Positions 47,253 to 55,316 of a DNA stretch of 64,000 nucleotides are shown here, piece by piece. The DNA is from a virus, in the IMG/VR virus record IMGVR_UViG_3300027917_000019, positions 101,820-165,819 of that record. The stretch is one strand, 5' to 3'. Both the position numbers and the translations under genes were made by a program. The notes beneath the pieces were generated by a model. It did not search any database, was not told the DNA's origin, and saw only the letters and a list, made by a program, of their open reading frames with translations. Position 1 is the stretch's first letter, and each line of letters starts with the position of its first letter.

Positions 47253-47617
47253 TCTCCTGTTCGATACTTGTAACTCTGGTGCTGTTGTTTAGGGTTCTTG
47301 AGAAGGTTTCGCTGACCTTCCGAAAGCTTCATGTACTTGTTGTACACCCACTGTGGCATATTCACCGGCTTAGCTTCTGCATCGATGAAAGGCTTGAGAA
47401 ATAGCCCTGAACAACGCATACAGCCCGGGTTGCCGCAGTTGGAAGTCTCGTGAAGTCGAGGGCGAGGACCCTTGCGCTTATTCTTAGAGGCACGCTTAGA
47501 CTTGGTGTTGACACCCTCTTCTGCCCACCTCTGATACTTTTCCTGATTCGCCTTCTTACGAGCGCGCTTCGCCTTCTTACGCTTCTCTGCAGACTTGGCT
47601 TTACTCTTTTTGCTCAT
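47237..47617 (-). CDS. Very basic protein with H..CGNPGCxxC motif
   Basis: Lys/Arg-rich N-half. Confidence 0.6.
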   Translation of the reverse strand: MSKKSKAKSAEKRKKAKRARKKANQEKYQRWAEEGVNTKSKRASKNKRKGPRPRLHETSNCGNPGCMRCSGLFLKPFIDAEAKPVNMPQWVYNKYMKLSEGQRNLLKNPKQQHQSYKYRTGEWDLS

Positions 47618-47623
47618 ACCCCT

Positions 47624-47651
47624 ACCTTATCCATCGTTTCCGCGTTGTCAA
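47624..47651 (-). promoter_or_regulatory. Sigma70-like promoter, probably leaderless
   Basis: TTGACA-N16-TAAGGT-N6-ATG. Confidence 0.6.
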
Positions 47652-48292
47652 TCGTCGTCGTCGATAAGTTCACCCTCTACGATATTGTCTGCCGGTAGTC
47701 TAGCCGGCGGTTCAGGATCTGCCAGCTTGGATAGTTGTGCTTCTACTACAGCGGATACTAAAGCTTTTTGTTCCGGCTGTTGTAGGGACCTAATGAGCGG
47801 GGATACTTGTACTTCGACAGTAGTTTTGCTGGTCGCTCTTTCAAGCCTACCCAAGTCCATGAGAAGCTTTGTATGCTTCTCTCTCGCCTGCATCACCAGC
47901 GCTAGAGCCTTTGTCTTGGTAGCATCATCCCCCTGGTGATACAATTCCCAAGCTTTATGCTCTACCTCTTCATAGAGAGAAGCCGTTTCTCCGACAGTAT
48001 GATCTTGATCGATGCTTTGCCCACGCTCAACTAGGTGTTCTCTAATACGCGCCATTTCTTTCGAAATGACTGGTTGAGAAACTTTTAGAAACCCTGCCAT
48101 CGCTGACTGGCTCAATCCTCGTAGCTTGAAGCGCGCTATCAGTTGCTGTCTTTCTGTTAAACCCTCATAGGGGTCCGTCTGAAGCAGCTTTAGGTCTTCC
48201 TCGGTACTTAGGGCGTCTGCTACCTTGACAGCCTCAGCGAGGTCCCCAGCTTGAGGACGTCCATTCTTTCCACCGGTTGGTTTTCTAGCCAT
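47648..48292 (-). CDS. HTH protein, candidate terminase small subunit
   Basis: LTERQ..GLSQSAMAGFLKVSQPVISKE HTH, helical body, acidic end; GGAGG RBS and TGTTATAAT upstream. Confidence 0.55.
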   Translation of the reverse strand: MARKPTGGKNGRPQAGDLAEAVKVADALSTEEDLKLLQTDPYEGLTERQQLIARFKLRGLSQSAMAGFLKVSQPVISKEMARIREHLVERGQSIDQDHTVGETASLYEEVEHKAWELYHQGDDATKTKALALVMQAREKHTKLLMDLGRLERATSKTTVEVQVSPLIRSLQQPEQKALVSAVVEAQLSKLADPEPPARLPADNIVEGELIDDDD

Positions 48293-48344
48293 GTGTAACC
48301 TCCAGTGGAAATTATAACACGTTTATTCGAAACTGGGAAAAGGT

Positions 48345-48515
48345 TGCCGGGTGAGGGGATCGAACCCCCATCATCCTGACCCTCTAGACTAGTATAGAGG
48401 GCTTCATCTTCCTTGCGAGAAGATTATCGGGTCTGTTGCTAGTCACTGCACGTGGGTTGACTATCCCCCACTAACTACCCGACAGGCTGTTTTTTACCGC
48501 TTAAACTAACCCGGC
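48345..48515 (-). ncRNA. tRNA-shaped RNA with 104-nt structured insert in place of the anticodon loop
   Basis: Acceptor GCCGGGT/ACCCGGC+A, D arm GTTT-AAGCGGTAAA-AAAC, stem CCTG/CAGG, variable TGAT, T arm GGGGG-TTCGATC-CCCTC. Confidence 0.8.
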
Positions 48516-48523
48516 GTAATCTT

Positions 48524-48700
48524 TCAAACGAACAGCAGCATAACTGCTATCTTTGCAGCAAGTTCTGCATTCTTTTGAGGCGTTGTAATCACCTCCCGCG
48601 TCCCCCTGCGCCCCTTCCCTACGAATCGCGTCGGAGTCCAGTCTTCCGGTACCGGCTCTTCCTCGGGCGTGGGGCGCAGGGGGATAACGGTGATTTCCAT
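48524..48700 (-). CDS. Small hypothetical protein
   Basis: 3' part of ORF 48524-48880 outside upstream gene. Confidence 0.4.
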   Translation of the reverse strand: MEITVIPLRPTPEEEPVPEDWTPTRFVGKGRRGTREVITTPQKNAELAAKIAVMLLFV

Positions 48701-48734
48701 CAAGTGAAAGCGAAGCGGATCCACTGAAATCTTC

Positions 48735-49022
48735 CTACTTCCTGGCCGACTTTTTGGCGCTAGGGCGCTGCTTACCAGGCTTCTTGTCAGGGCTCTTTGC
48801 AGAAGGCTTGGGCTTCTTTGCGTCTTCGATCGCCTTGGCAATGCGTGCGCGCTGCTTAGTGGCTCCCTTACCCTCTCCAAATCGCAGATCTAGGGCAGCA
48901 AGTTGCTGCGTGTGGGTAAGGCCACTCCAAGCCTTGTTACGCTCCTCGGCCTCCCTACGCCTCAGGTCCTTACGATACCGACGGGAGAAGAGAGGATTCC
49001 GAGAAGGGTCACGCTTAGCCAT
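48735..49022 (-). CDS. Very basic protein
   Basis: Arg/Lys-rich; QLAALDLRFG.G.GA.KQRAR. Confidence 0.6.
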   Translation of the reverse strand: MAKRDPSRNPLFSRRYRKDLRRREAEERNKAWSGLTHTQQLAALDLRFGEGKGATKQRARIAKAIEDAKKPKPSAKSPDKKPGKQRPSAKKSARK

Positions 49023-49102
49023 GTTACAAGCCTTTCTTGAAATTGAGGTGGGCCTTTTATCCAGTCATGCCCAGGACTGTACTTCTCTAGAGTAGCTGAG
49101 GA

Positions 49103-49540
49103 TTAGTCCAGCACGATGGTGGTTTCGCGCTGCTCCTCGTCCCCAAACAGCGCCGCTCCGGAGATGGCCGCCCCATTGCTGGGAGCCTCCTCGGAATCGG
49201 CCTCGGGCTCAGGAGCCGCCTCCTGCGGAGACTCAGCCGGCGCGGGCGCCTGCTGCTCCTGGTACTTGGCCGCACGCGCCTCAGCAAGCCATTCCTTCGG
49301 AGGACGGGCAAGCTCGCAGATGAAGGGAACCATTTCACCGGTTGCCTTGTCCTTGCGCTCTCGGACCTGATAGAGCTGGCCCTCGTGCATGAAGGTCTTG
49401 CCTCCCGCGCGAGCCACGGTGCGGAGTGCTTCGTGGACAGTTTCCTGGGCCTCTCGGACGCCTCGGAGGGCGACCTGATACAGGTTCCAAGCCTGTTCGA
49501 GAGAAAGGGACGTGCTGGTGGTTTCGTTCTGCTCAGTCAT
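49103..49540 (-). CDS. Hypothetical protein, GC-rich codons, own promoter
   Basis: AGGAG RBS; TTGACT-N17-TACATA at 49567-49595. Confidence 0.65.
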   Translation of the reverse strand: MTEQNETTSTSLSLEQAWNLYQVALRGVREAQETVHEALRTVARAGGKTFMHEGQLYQVRERKDKATGEMVPFICELARPPKEWLAEARAAKYQEQQAPAPAESPQEAAPEPEADSEEAPSNGAAISGAALFGDEEQRETTIVLD

Positions 49541-49577
49541 TTTGCATTCTCCTGGTTGGTAGAGACTATGTAATCAG

Positions 49578-49778
49578 TCATTCTAAGCAAGTCAAGGAGT
49601 CGCCGTCACTTTTTTTCGTTGTGACGTCTTCTCCAGACACGTTTATGACGATAGGAGCAGCACGCCAACGACGTACATGCCCCTGCGCCTGGTCACGAGG
49701 AACAGAGGTAGCACTGACCTCTTCGTACAAACCTTCCTCATTCTTACGCATGAGAAAGACTGTGACTGCTTCCTTCAT
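49578..49778 (-). CDS. Hypothetical protein
   Basis: ATGA overlap. Confidence 0.5.
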   Translation of the reverse strand: MKEAVTVFLMRKNEEGLYEEVSATSVPRDQAQGHVRRWRAAPIVINVSGEDVTTKKSDGDSLTCLE

Positions 49779-50248
49779 TCCTTATCCTTCTTGTCGTAGT
49801 ACGCTTGAAAAGCTTCCGCTTCAGCAATTGCGGCCCTGGAAAGTAGCATGCCGTGACACCTGGGGCAATGGCCACCAGACTTGCCCCCTGAATATCCACA
49901 ACCGTCGCCGTCGCCACCATCACCAATGCACAATACTTCTTGAGGGTCCGTGGCCGCGAGGGCCAGCCTCTCGGCCAGTGCGCATTCGAAGCAGGCGCCC
50001 TCTCGCGCGTTGCCGTTGGCTCCCGCGCACCCGTCGGCCACATGCTCTGAGAGGTCGGCCAGTGCGCCCGCGATTGCCGCCGCTAGTTGGTCCCGCTCCT
50101 CCCGGAGCTTCCTCATCGCCTCAACCATTTCGGTTGTGGTTACATCAGCACGTAGTTGCTCGTTTTCCACCTGCAACCTTTTAATCTTTGCATCACAGCA
50201 TGCTGTACAATGTCCATCATGCTTTCCGTGAATTGAGCAATTACTCAT
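49775..50248 (-). CDS. Cys-rich/coiled-coil hypothetical protein
   Basis: Several C/H clusters; GC-rich middle. Confidence 0.55.
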   Translation of the reverse strand: MSNCSIHGKHDGHCTACCDAKIKRLQVENEQLRADVTTTEMVEAMRKLREERDQLAAAIAGALADLSEHVADGCAGANGNAREGACFECALAERLALAATDPQEVLCIGDGGDGDGCGYSGGKSGGHCPRCHGMLLSRAAIAEAEAFQAYYDKKDKE

Positions 50249-50604
50249 AGTTGTAGATCCTTCGCCTTGCGCGCTCGTTTAGCCCACTTGGACCACCTCT
50301 CAAGGGCAACCCACAGGATCCCAACAACTACAAAACACATTACAAGAGTAGCTAGAGCCGTCAGCACAGCCACCCATTGCATTGCGTCAGGAAGAGGGTC
50401 TTCAGGACCGTCGTAAGTTGCGCAAACAATGATGCCGCATACCCACCCAACAAGTCCTAGAATCAGGGCAGGAATCCCAAGAACCTTCTTTGGACCTAGG
50501 GTCAACAAGCCAACGACGGCTGTAGAAATCCTTTCTCTCAAAGAAGGTGGGACTGGATCTGGTTTTGCGTTGTTTCGGTAGGGACTCATCAACCTACTCC
50601 ACAT
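50245..50604 (-). CDS. Two-TM membrane protein
   Basis: SPYR N-terminus; two hydrophobic helices. Confidence 0.6.
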   Translation of the reverse strand: MWSRLMSPYRNNAKPDPVPPSLRERISTAVVGLLTLGPKKVLGIPALILGLVGWVCGIIVCATYDGPEDPLPDAMQWVAVLTALATLVMCFVVVGILWVALERWSKWAKRARKAKDLQL

Positions 50605-50686
50605 TGCTGCAACTGCAGAACGATGATTCCTGCGAGAAGCAACAGTGAAAGGGTCACCTGCCCAAAGGGATTTTCAGGTTCGTACA

Positions 50687-51211
50687 TCAGAAGTTCTCTA
50701 CGATAGCCTCACAAAGCTTCACGAGGTCTTCGGGCTTGAAGTTGTATGAACTGTTTGAAGGGTCGTGCAGCGTGATTCGTACGGGAGTTCCCAGCGTAGG
50801 GTTAACTGACCATGAACCACCCACTGTCTGAATGACAGTGTGGAAGGTGGTCTTGATTTGCACGCCCCTCGCTTTGGAAACCTTGGTTCCGGCAATCTTC
50901 TTGAAGTCGAGAAGTAGGATAGCCTTAGCCAGTCCAACCAATTCTCCAGTAGCCATAGCCCTGGTACGTCCGCAGGGGTACGTGATGAGGTGTTCAGCCC
51001 CACTGCGATTATACGTTTCAAACGTCATCTTGCCATTGTTACTGTACTGGCGGCCTCCTGGGGAAAACGTGAGAGTGGAGATCTTCTTCTCAGCAACCGC
51101 GATTAGCTGCGGCTTCTTCTTCACAGCCTTCTTCACAGCCTTCTTCACAGCCTTCTTCACCGCCGCCTTCTTCACCGCCGCCTTCTTCACTTTGAACGCC
51201 TTTATAGTCAT
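50687..51211 (-). CDS. Protein with histone H1-like (VKKA)n N-terminal tail
   Basis: VKKAAVKKAAVKKAVKKAVKKAVKKK; GAGG RBS. Confidence 0.7.
   Translation of the reverse strand: MTIKAFKVKKAAVKKAAVKKAVKKAVKKAVKKKPQLIAVAEKKISTLTFSPGGRQYSNNGKMTFETYNRSGAEHLITYPCGRTRAMATGELVGLAKAILLLDFKKIAGTKVSKARGVQIKTTFHTVIQTVGGSWSVNPTLGTPVRITLHDPSNSSYNFKPEDLVKLCEAIVENF
51116..51190. repeat. Tandem 12/15-bp repeats encoding VKKA(A)
   Basis: CTTCTTCAC(AGC/CGCCGC) units. Confidence 0.9.
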
Positions 51212-51343
51212 TTGTTCCTCTGTTAGTAACTTTCTACGAGTGTTTGCAAAAGTGTGTGTAGTTCGTCTGGGTCTAAGGTTTTACCCTCTTCCAGTTCTTC
51301 CGCTAGTGAATGCAGAGCGTGCGCCGCCTCGGTCGATTCCCCC

Positions 51344-51670
51344 TCAAGCATCCACTCCAGAGCGCTCTGCAGTAGTGATATGTGATCCATCTTCTACCTC
51401 TGTGATCTTTCGGTCTGATTCGTCGGGGACATGTTTGATGTTGAAGCCCCTCCGGCCGCCGAATTCCACTAGAGAGATTCCTGTGTGACGGATACCAACC
51501 CAGCCGATGAGCAGGTGTGCTAGCTCCTGCTTATCTCGGGAATGTACTACGGTAGTTTCTCCCGCCTCAAACGCAATGTAGTGCGTCTGCTTGTTGGTCT
51601 TACTGTGCTTGACGTACGTCATGGTCCTGACGCCTGCGTCTCGGGCTGCCTTGTTCAGTGAGATTGCCAT
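51344..51670 (-). CDS. Hypothetical protein
   Basis: AAAGG RBS before MAISL. Confidence 0.5.
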   Translation of the reverse strand: MAISLNKAARDAGVRTMTYVKHSKTNKQTHYIAFEAGETTVVHSRDKQELAHLLIGWVGIRHTGISLVEFGGRRGFNIKHVPDESDRKITEVEDGSHITTAERSGVDA

Positions 51671-51683
51671 TTGAGTACCTTTC

Positions 51684-52244
51684 TTACCAGCGCGCATTTC
51701 CACCCGGGCCACACAACATCATGCGCGGTCCTGAAGGATGGTTTCCTGAGGGAACGTTTCCTGAAACCAGTTCACGAAGAATATCGGTCATGGTTTCTGC
51801 TTTGAGCTTCAGCTTCTGGTTTTTTGCCTTGAGATCCTTTTCAGAGAGAGTAGTGTTGTGAAGGTCGTTGAGGAGGCAGTGGAGAAGGTCAAGAATCTCA
51901 GTCTCTGACGGGTGATCCTCTAGCAGTTTGAGACATTTTTCCAACATATCGGAGCGCAGGCCACTTTCTCCTAGTATAGTCTTGTACCCTAGAACGGTGT
52001 GACGTAGGCGCTCGCGCTTTGCCTGTTCAGTGAAGCGCTTCACTGCGGCCTTGAGTTCTTCCTTTGTAGGATTCTTTTGGAAGCGGGCCTTGGTTTGGTC
52101 ACTCTTGTAGAGCTTGATACAAGTCTTGCAGGTAGCTTCTGAGAAACATTCTGCATAAGTGGGAGGTTCCTCTCGCCCGCAGAGCGAAGTCCTGTCCAAC
52201 AAAGCGTCGGGCCTGCCATTCTCAAACTGAATGTGTACCTTCAT
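51684..52244 (-). CDS. Hypothetical protein with H/C Zn site and coiled coil
   Basis: VH..SLCG..ATCKTC; GAGG RBS. Confidence 0.6.
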   Translation of the reverse strand: MKVHIQFENGRPDALLDRTSLCGREEPPTYAECFSEATCKTCIKLYKSDQTKARFQKNPTKEELKAAVKRFTEQAKRERLRHTVLGYKTILGESGLRSDMLEKCLKLLEDHPSETEILDLLHCLLNDLHNTTLSEKDLKAKNQKLKLKAETMTDILRELVSGNVPSGNHPSGPRMMLCGPGGNARW

Positions 52245-52262
52245 TTTCCTCTTTCCTTTTTG

Positions 52263-52473
52263 TTGAGTTTAGTAGTGGTGGTTGAGCCGTGGAACCTTGA
52301 AAGTATAGTGTGTAGTCACTAACTCGCAGGATTCCAATTAAATCATAAATCAATCTGTATATAGCAACTCAACCAATTTTTCATTAGATATACAGTACCC
52401 GGGTGGCTCCAGTGTATACTCCTGAAGTAGGACCGGATTGGCTCTTTGGATCAACCACCACTACTAGACTCAA
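52263..52473. repeat. 211-bp AT-rich non-coding element bounded by 23-bp inverted repeats
   Basis: TTGAGTTTAGTAGTGGTGGTTGA / TCAACCACCACTACTAGACTCAA (1 mismatch). Confidence 0.8.
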
Positions 52474-53102
52474 ATTGTTGTTGGGCCCCCATTCCTAAGC
52501 GCGATGTCTACGGCATCTATTGCCTGCTTAAGTCCACAATCGTTTCGTTCCTTCACCATGCGAATGGCGTTTAGCCTGTTGCTGCGCGCTTCTCGGTATT
52601 CATGATTAGTTACTGTCACCCGTCCCCCACCCTGTTGAGCGCCCATATCCACCAGGACGAATCGACTACGCAGCCGATCTTCCCAATACTTTTGTTGCTC
52701 TTTCTTGACCTCAACGCTCTTTTTCACACCCGCTTGGCGAGCGATAAACCACCGGGTGAATGAATCTATCCTAGCCAACACCCGTACTGCCTTGCGAGTG
52801 TCAGTTAGTTCTCTCACAAGCTTTTCCTGCCACTGGTCAACCGGGACAGGAGACCAAGTGTCGCCCCCGTACGGGAGCGCTATTTTGGCAAGATAAAGCA
52901 ATCCGCCGTCTGTTCGATGCTGGGGCCTCTTGATGTAGTTCCACGAAAGACGAAGATTTGGAGTGATGGCACGCTTAGGAGCGCGCGGAGCAGAAACCTT
53001 AGGCCACGAGGAGTCAACCCCATGCGTCAGTTTTGTAGCCTCTGTGATCAACTCTTTGAAAGCTGCACTCAAACAGGCTGCTACCATTTCCTTATCGGGC
53101 AT
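52470..53102 (-). CDS. Protein with C-terminal ribosomal bL12 CTD-like motif
   Basis: RLNAIRMVKERNDCGLKQAIDAVD. Confidence 0.55.
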   Translation of the reverse strand: MPDKEMVAACLSAAFKELITEATKLTHGVDSSWPKVSAPRAPKRAITPNLRLSWNYIKRPQHRTDGGLLYLAKIALPYGGDTWSPVPVDQWQEKLVRELTDTRKAVRVLARIDSFTRWFIARQAGVKKSVEVKKEQQKYWEDRLRSRFVLVDMGAQQGGGRVTVTNHEYREARSNRLNAIRMVKERNDCGLKQAIDAVDIALRNGGPTTI

Positions 53103-53109
53103 CTATTCC

Positions 53110-53634
53110 TCAGTGTGTGTCGGGTTTTAGAAGTGTCAATGACCCGCAGCTATATTTAAGACAGTTCACCCGATCTACATCAGTTAAGGCACGGCCGAGG
53201 TGAAAGGGGCTGTTTACCATCTTCGACACCTTAATTATCTCCACGCCCTCAGCAATCTCTGAGGGAAGATACTCTACGTTTTCTAGAGAGAATTCGGGGA
53301 CTTCATAATCCAACGCACATTCCTGAAGTTCAGGAGCTTTGAGCTTGTTCGTGTGTTCGATCAGGTGGTCAACCCATGCCTTATCTCCGCTTCCCACCGC
53401 TAACCATTCCTCCCCTAGAAACTCTTGCACAGAGGGTATCGCAGTGTGTTTGGCATCAACCTTGAACACACAGGTATAGGGGGTTTCAGTGTTCCAGTGG
53501 TGGCTTAGAAAGTAGGGGCCTTTTAGCCACGAAATATATCGAGAGGTCACTAGCGTACTCTCTTTCGTATCAAACCTCAGAAAGTACTTTTGTGTGTGAA
53601 TACATTGAACTAGTGTGTATGTGTTTACATACAT
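53110..53634 (-). CDS. Hypothetical protein
   Basis: ORF from MYVNT. Confidence 0.5.
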   Translation of the reverse strand: MYVNTYTLVQCIHTQKYFLRFDTKESTLVTSRYISWLKGPYFLSHHWNTETPYTCVFKVDAKHTAIPSVQEFLGEEWLAVGSGDKAWVDHLIEHTNKLKAPELQECALDYEVPEFSLENVEYLPSEIAEGVEIIKVSKMVNSPFHLGRALTDVDRVNCLKYSCGSLTLLKPDTH

Positions 53635-53645
53635 TGTCTGCCCTT

Positions 53646-53969
53646 TCAACCTACCTTTTCGGGGTCGTCCGCGACAGGCTTGATAACACGGAACGTGCGG
53701 TACCAATCTTCTCCCTTGACACCGATCAACGCTGTGTATGGGAACTTTTCTCCGAGGCGCCGGATCTTTACCGCAGCGCACCCGTCTATCTCTTCAAAAC
53801 CAAGCACCACCCACTCAGGTTCTTCTCGAATGTGTTCGTAACCTTCTCGGTGGAGAGTAGGCTGGATGGTATCTCCTACGGAAATGGTGACACCGTTAAC
53901 TTCAATGGATGTGGTAGTTGTTTTCTTCTCGTCCACAATATCTTTGAGCCAGTCAACTATTCCCATCAC
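53646..53969 (-). CDS. Hypothetical protein
   Basis: GTGA overlap. Confidence 0.5.
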   Translation of the reverse strand: MMGIVDWLKDIVDEKKTTTTSIEVNGVTISVGDTIQPTLHREGYEHIREEPEWVVLGFEEIDGCAAVKIRRLGEKFPYTALIGVKGEDWYRTFRVIKPVADDPEKVG

Positions 53970-54520
53970 GCTTCGTACTTCTTGGTTTGTGTGAAGATGG
54001 GATATGAAAACTTTGGCATATTTTCGTCACCCTTGTTCAGCGGATCGCCCAAGGACACGAGCGCGGCCTTCTCGTTAGCGAGGAACAATTCAACCAGTTC
54101 CTTGTCCAACATGCGATCCTTGAACTTTGCAGGTGTGACATACGAAGACTCGCTCGCCGCCGGCAATTCTACGCCTGCGAGCCTTGCTACTACCCCCTTG
54201 AGGTGCTCTAGCTCCTCTTGAAGGGCTTTGTGGCTATTTGCAAGCCACATCTGCGCTGCTCGAATAGCCTCTTCGCGCGTGTCGTACACATGTTCGAACA
54301 GGATGGTAGGAGAGTTCCTCTCGATTGACAGGGTGTCGTAGATCTTGAGATTACCCTCTCCCGGGGCACACTTGCATTGTGCCCCACCGACGAGCGCAAA
54401 GTAGAATTCATTGCCGTAGAAGATTGCATCACAGTTGTCTGGATGGTCCGAGAAGGTGATATCTTCCGGCTTGGTGGGAAGATGAGAAAGATTAGGGAGT
54501 TTAGGAAGAGGTTTAGGCAT
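53966..54520 (-). CDS. Hypothetical protein (leaderless)
   Basis: ORF directly after promoter. Confidence 0.6.
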   Translation of the reverse strand: MPKPLPKLPNLSHLPTKPEDITFSDHPDNCDAIFYGNEFYFALVGGAQCKCAPGEGNLKIYDTLSIERNSPTILFEHVYDTREEAIRAAQMWLANSHKALQEELEHLKGVVARLAGVELPAASESSYVTPAKFKDRMLDKELVELFLANEKAALVSLGDPLNKGDENMPKFSYPIFTQTKKYEA

Positions 54521-54526
54521 GTGCTC

Positions 54527-54554
54527 TACATAAGGCTTTGTAGCCAGTTGTCAA
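54527..54554 (-). promoter_or_regulatory. Sigma70-like promoter, leaderless
   Basis: TTGACA-N16-TATGTA-N6-ATG, no SD. Confidence 0.55.
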
Positions 54555-54559
54555 GCGGA

Positions 54560-54730
54560 TTACTCAATATCCACTTCGTAAGTATCAACGACTTCTTCAC
54601 GAGAAGGGCTCAACAGCCCGTTCTCAACAGCGCTGTGTACTTCACGATCCAACGCCCTAAGTAGATCGTCTTCGTCTTTGACTGTGGTTTTGTCATACCA
54701 CACACGAATGATGATTTCAATCGGAGTCAT
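54560..54730 (-). CDS. 56-aa acidic protein
   Basis: MTPIEIIIRVWYD..; fills gap. Confidence 0.45.
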   Translation of the reverse strand: MTPIEIIIRVWYDKTTVKDEDDLLRALDREVHSAVENGLLSPSREEVVDTYEVDIE

Positions 54731-54929
54731 GGTCCCTCATTGCTGTTACGAGTGCCTCAGTCCAAGCGTCATACTGCCCGCTTGAACCATCCTGGGGAAA
54801 CCCCATTGATTCCTTTTCCTTCTTGCGTAGCCTACGCAGGTCGTTCTCAGCGTAATCGAGAATCTCTTCTCGTGTCATGCCCCAGTGATCGTATGTTTTC
54901 TGTGCGTCCGTCATACAAACCTCGACCAA
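54717..54929 (-). CDS. Hypothetical protein (start possibly 54914)
   Basis: ORF in packed run. Confidence 0.5.
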   Translation of the reverse strand: MVEVCMTDAQKTYDHWGMTREEILDYAENDLRRLRKKEKESMGFPQDGSSGQYDAWTEALVTAMRDHDSD

Positions 54930-55102
54930 CAGTCGTAGGCATCATCCCAGAACCATCCTAGCTTATCAAGCTTTTCCCGGTCGTACGCGGACACGAAGTC
55001 TGCCCCTACTTCGTTGCCAGCATAGATCACTTCGTGATCTGCCTGGATTTCCCCTTCTCCATACTTCAGGAGAATTGCCAAACCTTCCATTACCTCACGC
55101 AT
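54911..55102 (-). CDS. Hypothetical protein
   Basis: ORF in packed run. Confidence 0.55.
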   Translation of the reverse strand: MREVMEGLAILLKYGEGEIQADHEVIYAGNEVGADFVSAYDREKLDKLGWFWDDAYDCWSRFV

Positions 55103-55304
55103 AGCCGTGTCGCTCCTGTAGAACCTTCAGCGCAGCGCAGTCCGGTTCGATGATCAGTGAGATGAGTAGGTAGAGTTGGTGCATCGTGTCTGCCGCGCCT
55201 GTGTTAATCTCAATCTCACTCTCTTCGAAAATGAGATGCAAGGCGTCGTCCACCACCTCTCGGTCAAGGTTTTGTAGAGCCTTTTGGATTTCTTCTAGAG
55301 TCAT
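55095..55304 (-). CDS. Hypothetical protein
   Basis: ORF in packed run. Confidence 0.55.
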   Translation of the reverse strand: MTLEEIQKALQNLDREVVDDALHLIFEESEIEINTGAADTMHQLYLLISLIIEPDCAALKVLQERHGYA

Positions 55305-55316
55305 GTCTTTCCCTTT

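Noticed and set aside
48379-48482. Group I or bulge-helix-bulge tRNA intron
   Set aside because: Too short for a group I core, no terminal G after a U33 site, no BHB at the junctions, and no simple excision gives a canonical YU-NNN-R loop.
52263-52473. Autonomous IS element or LexA box
   Set aside because: No transposase ORF or target-site duplication; the CTGT..ACAG spacing is far longer than the N8 of an SOS box.
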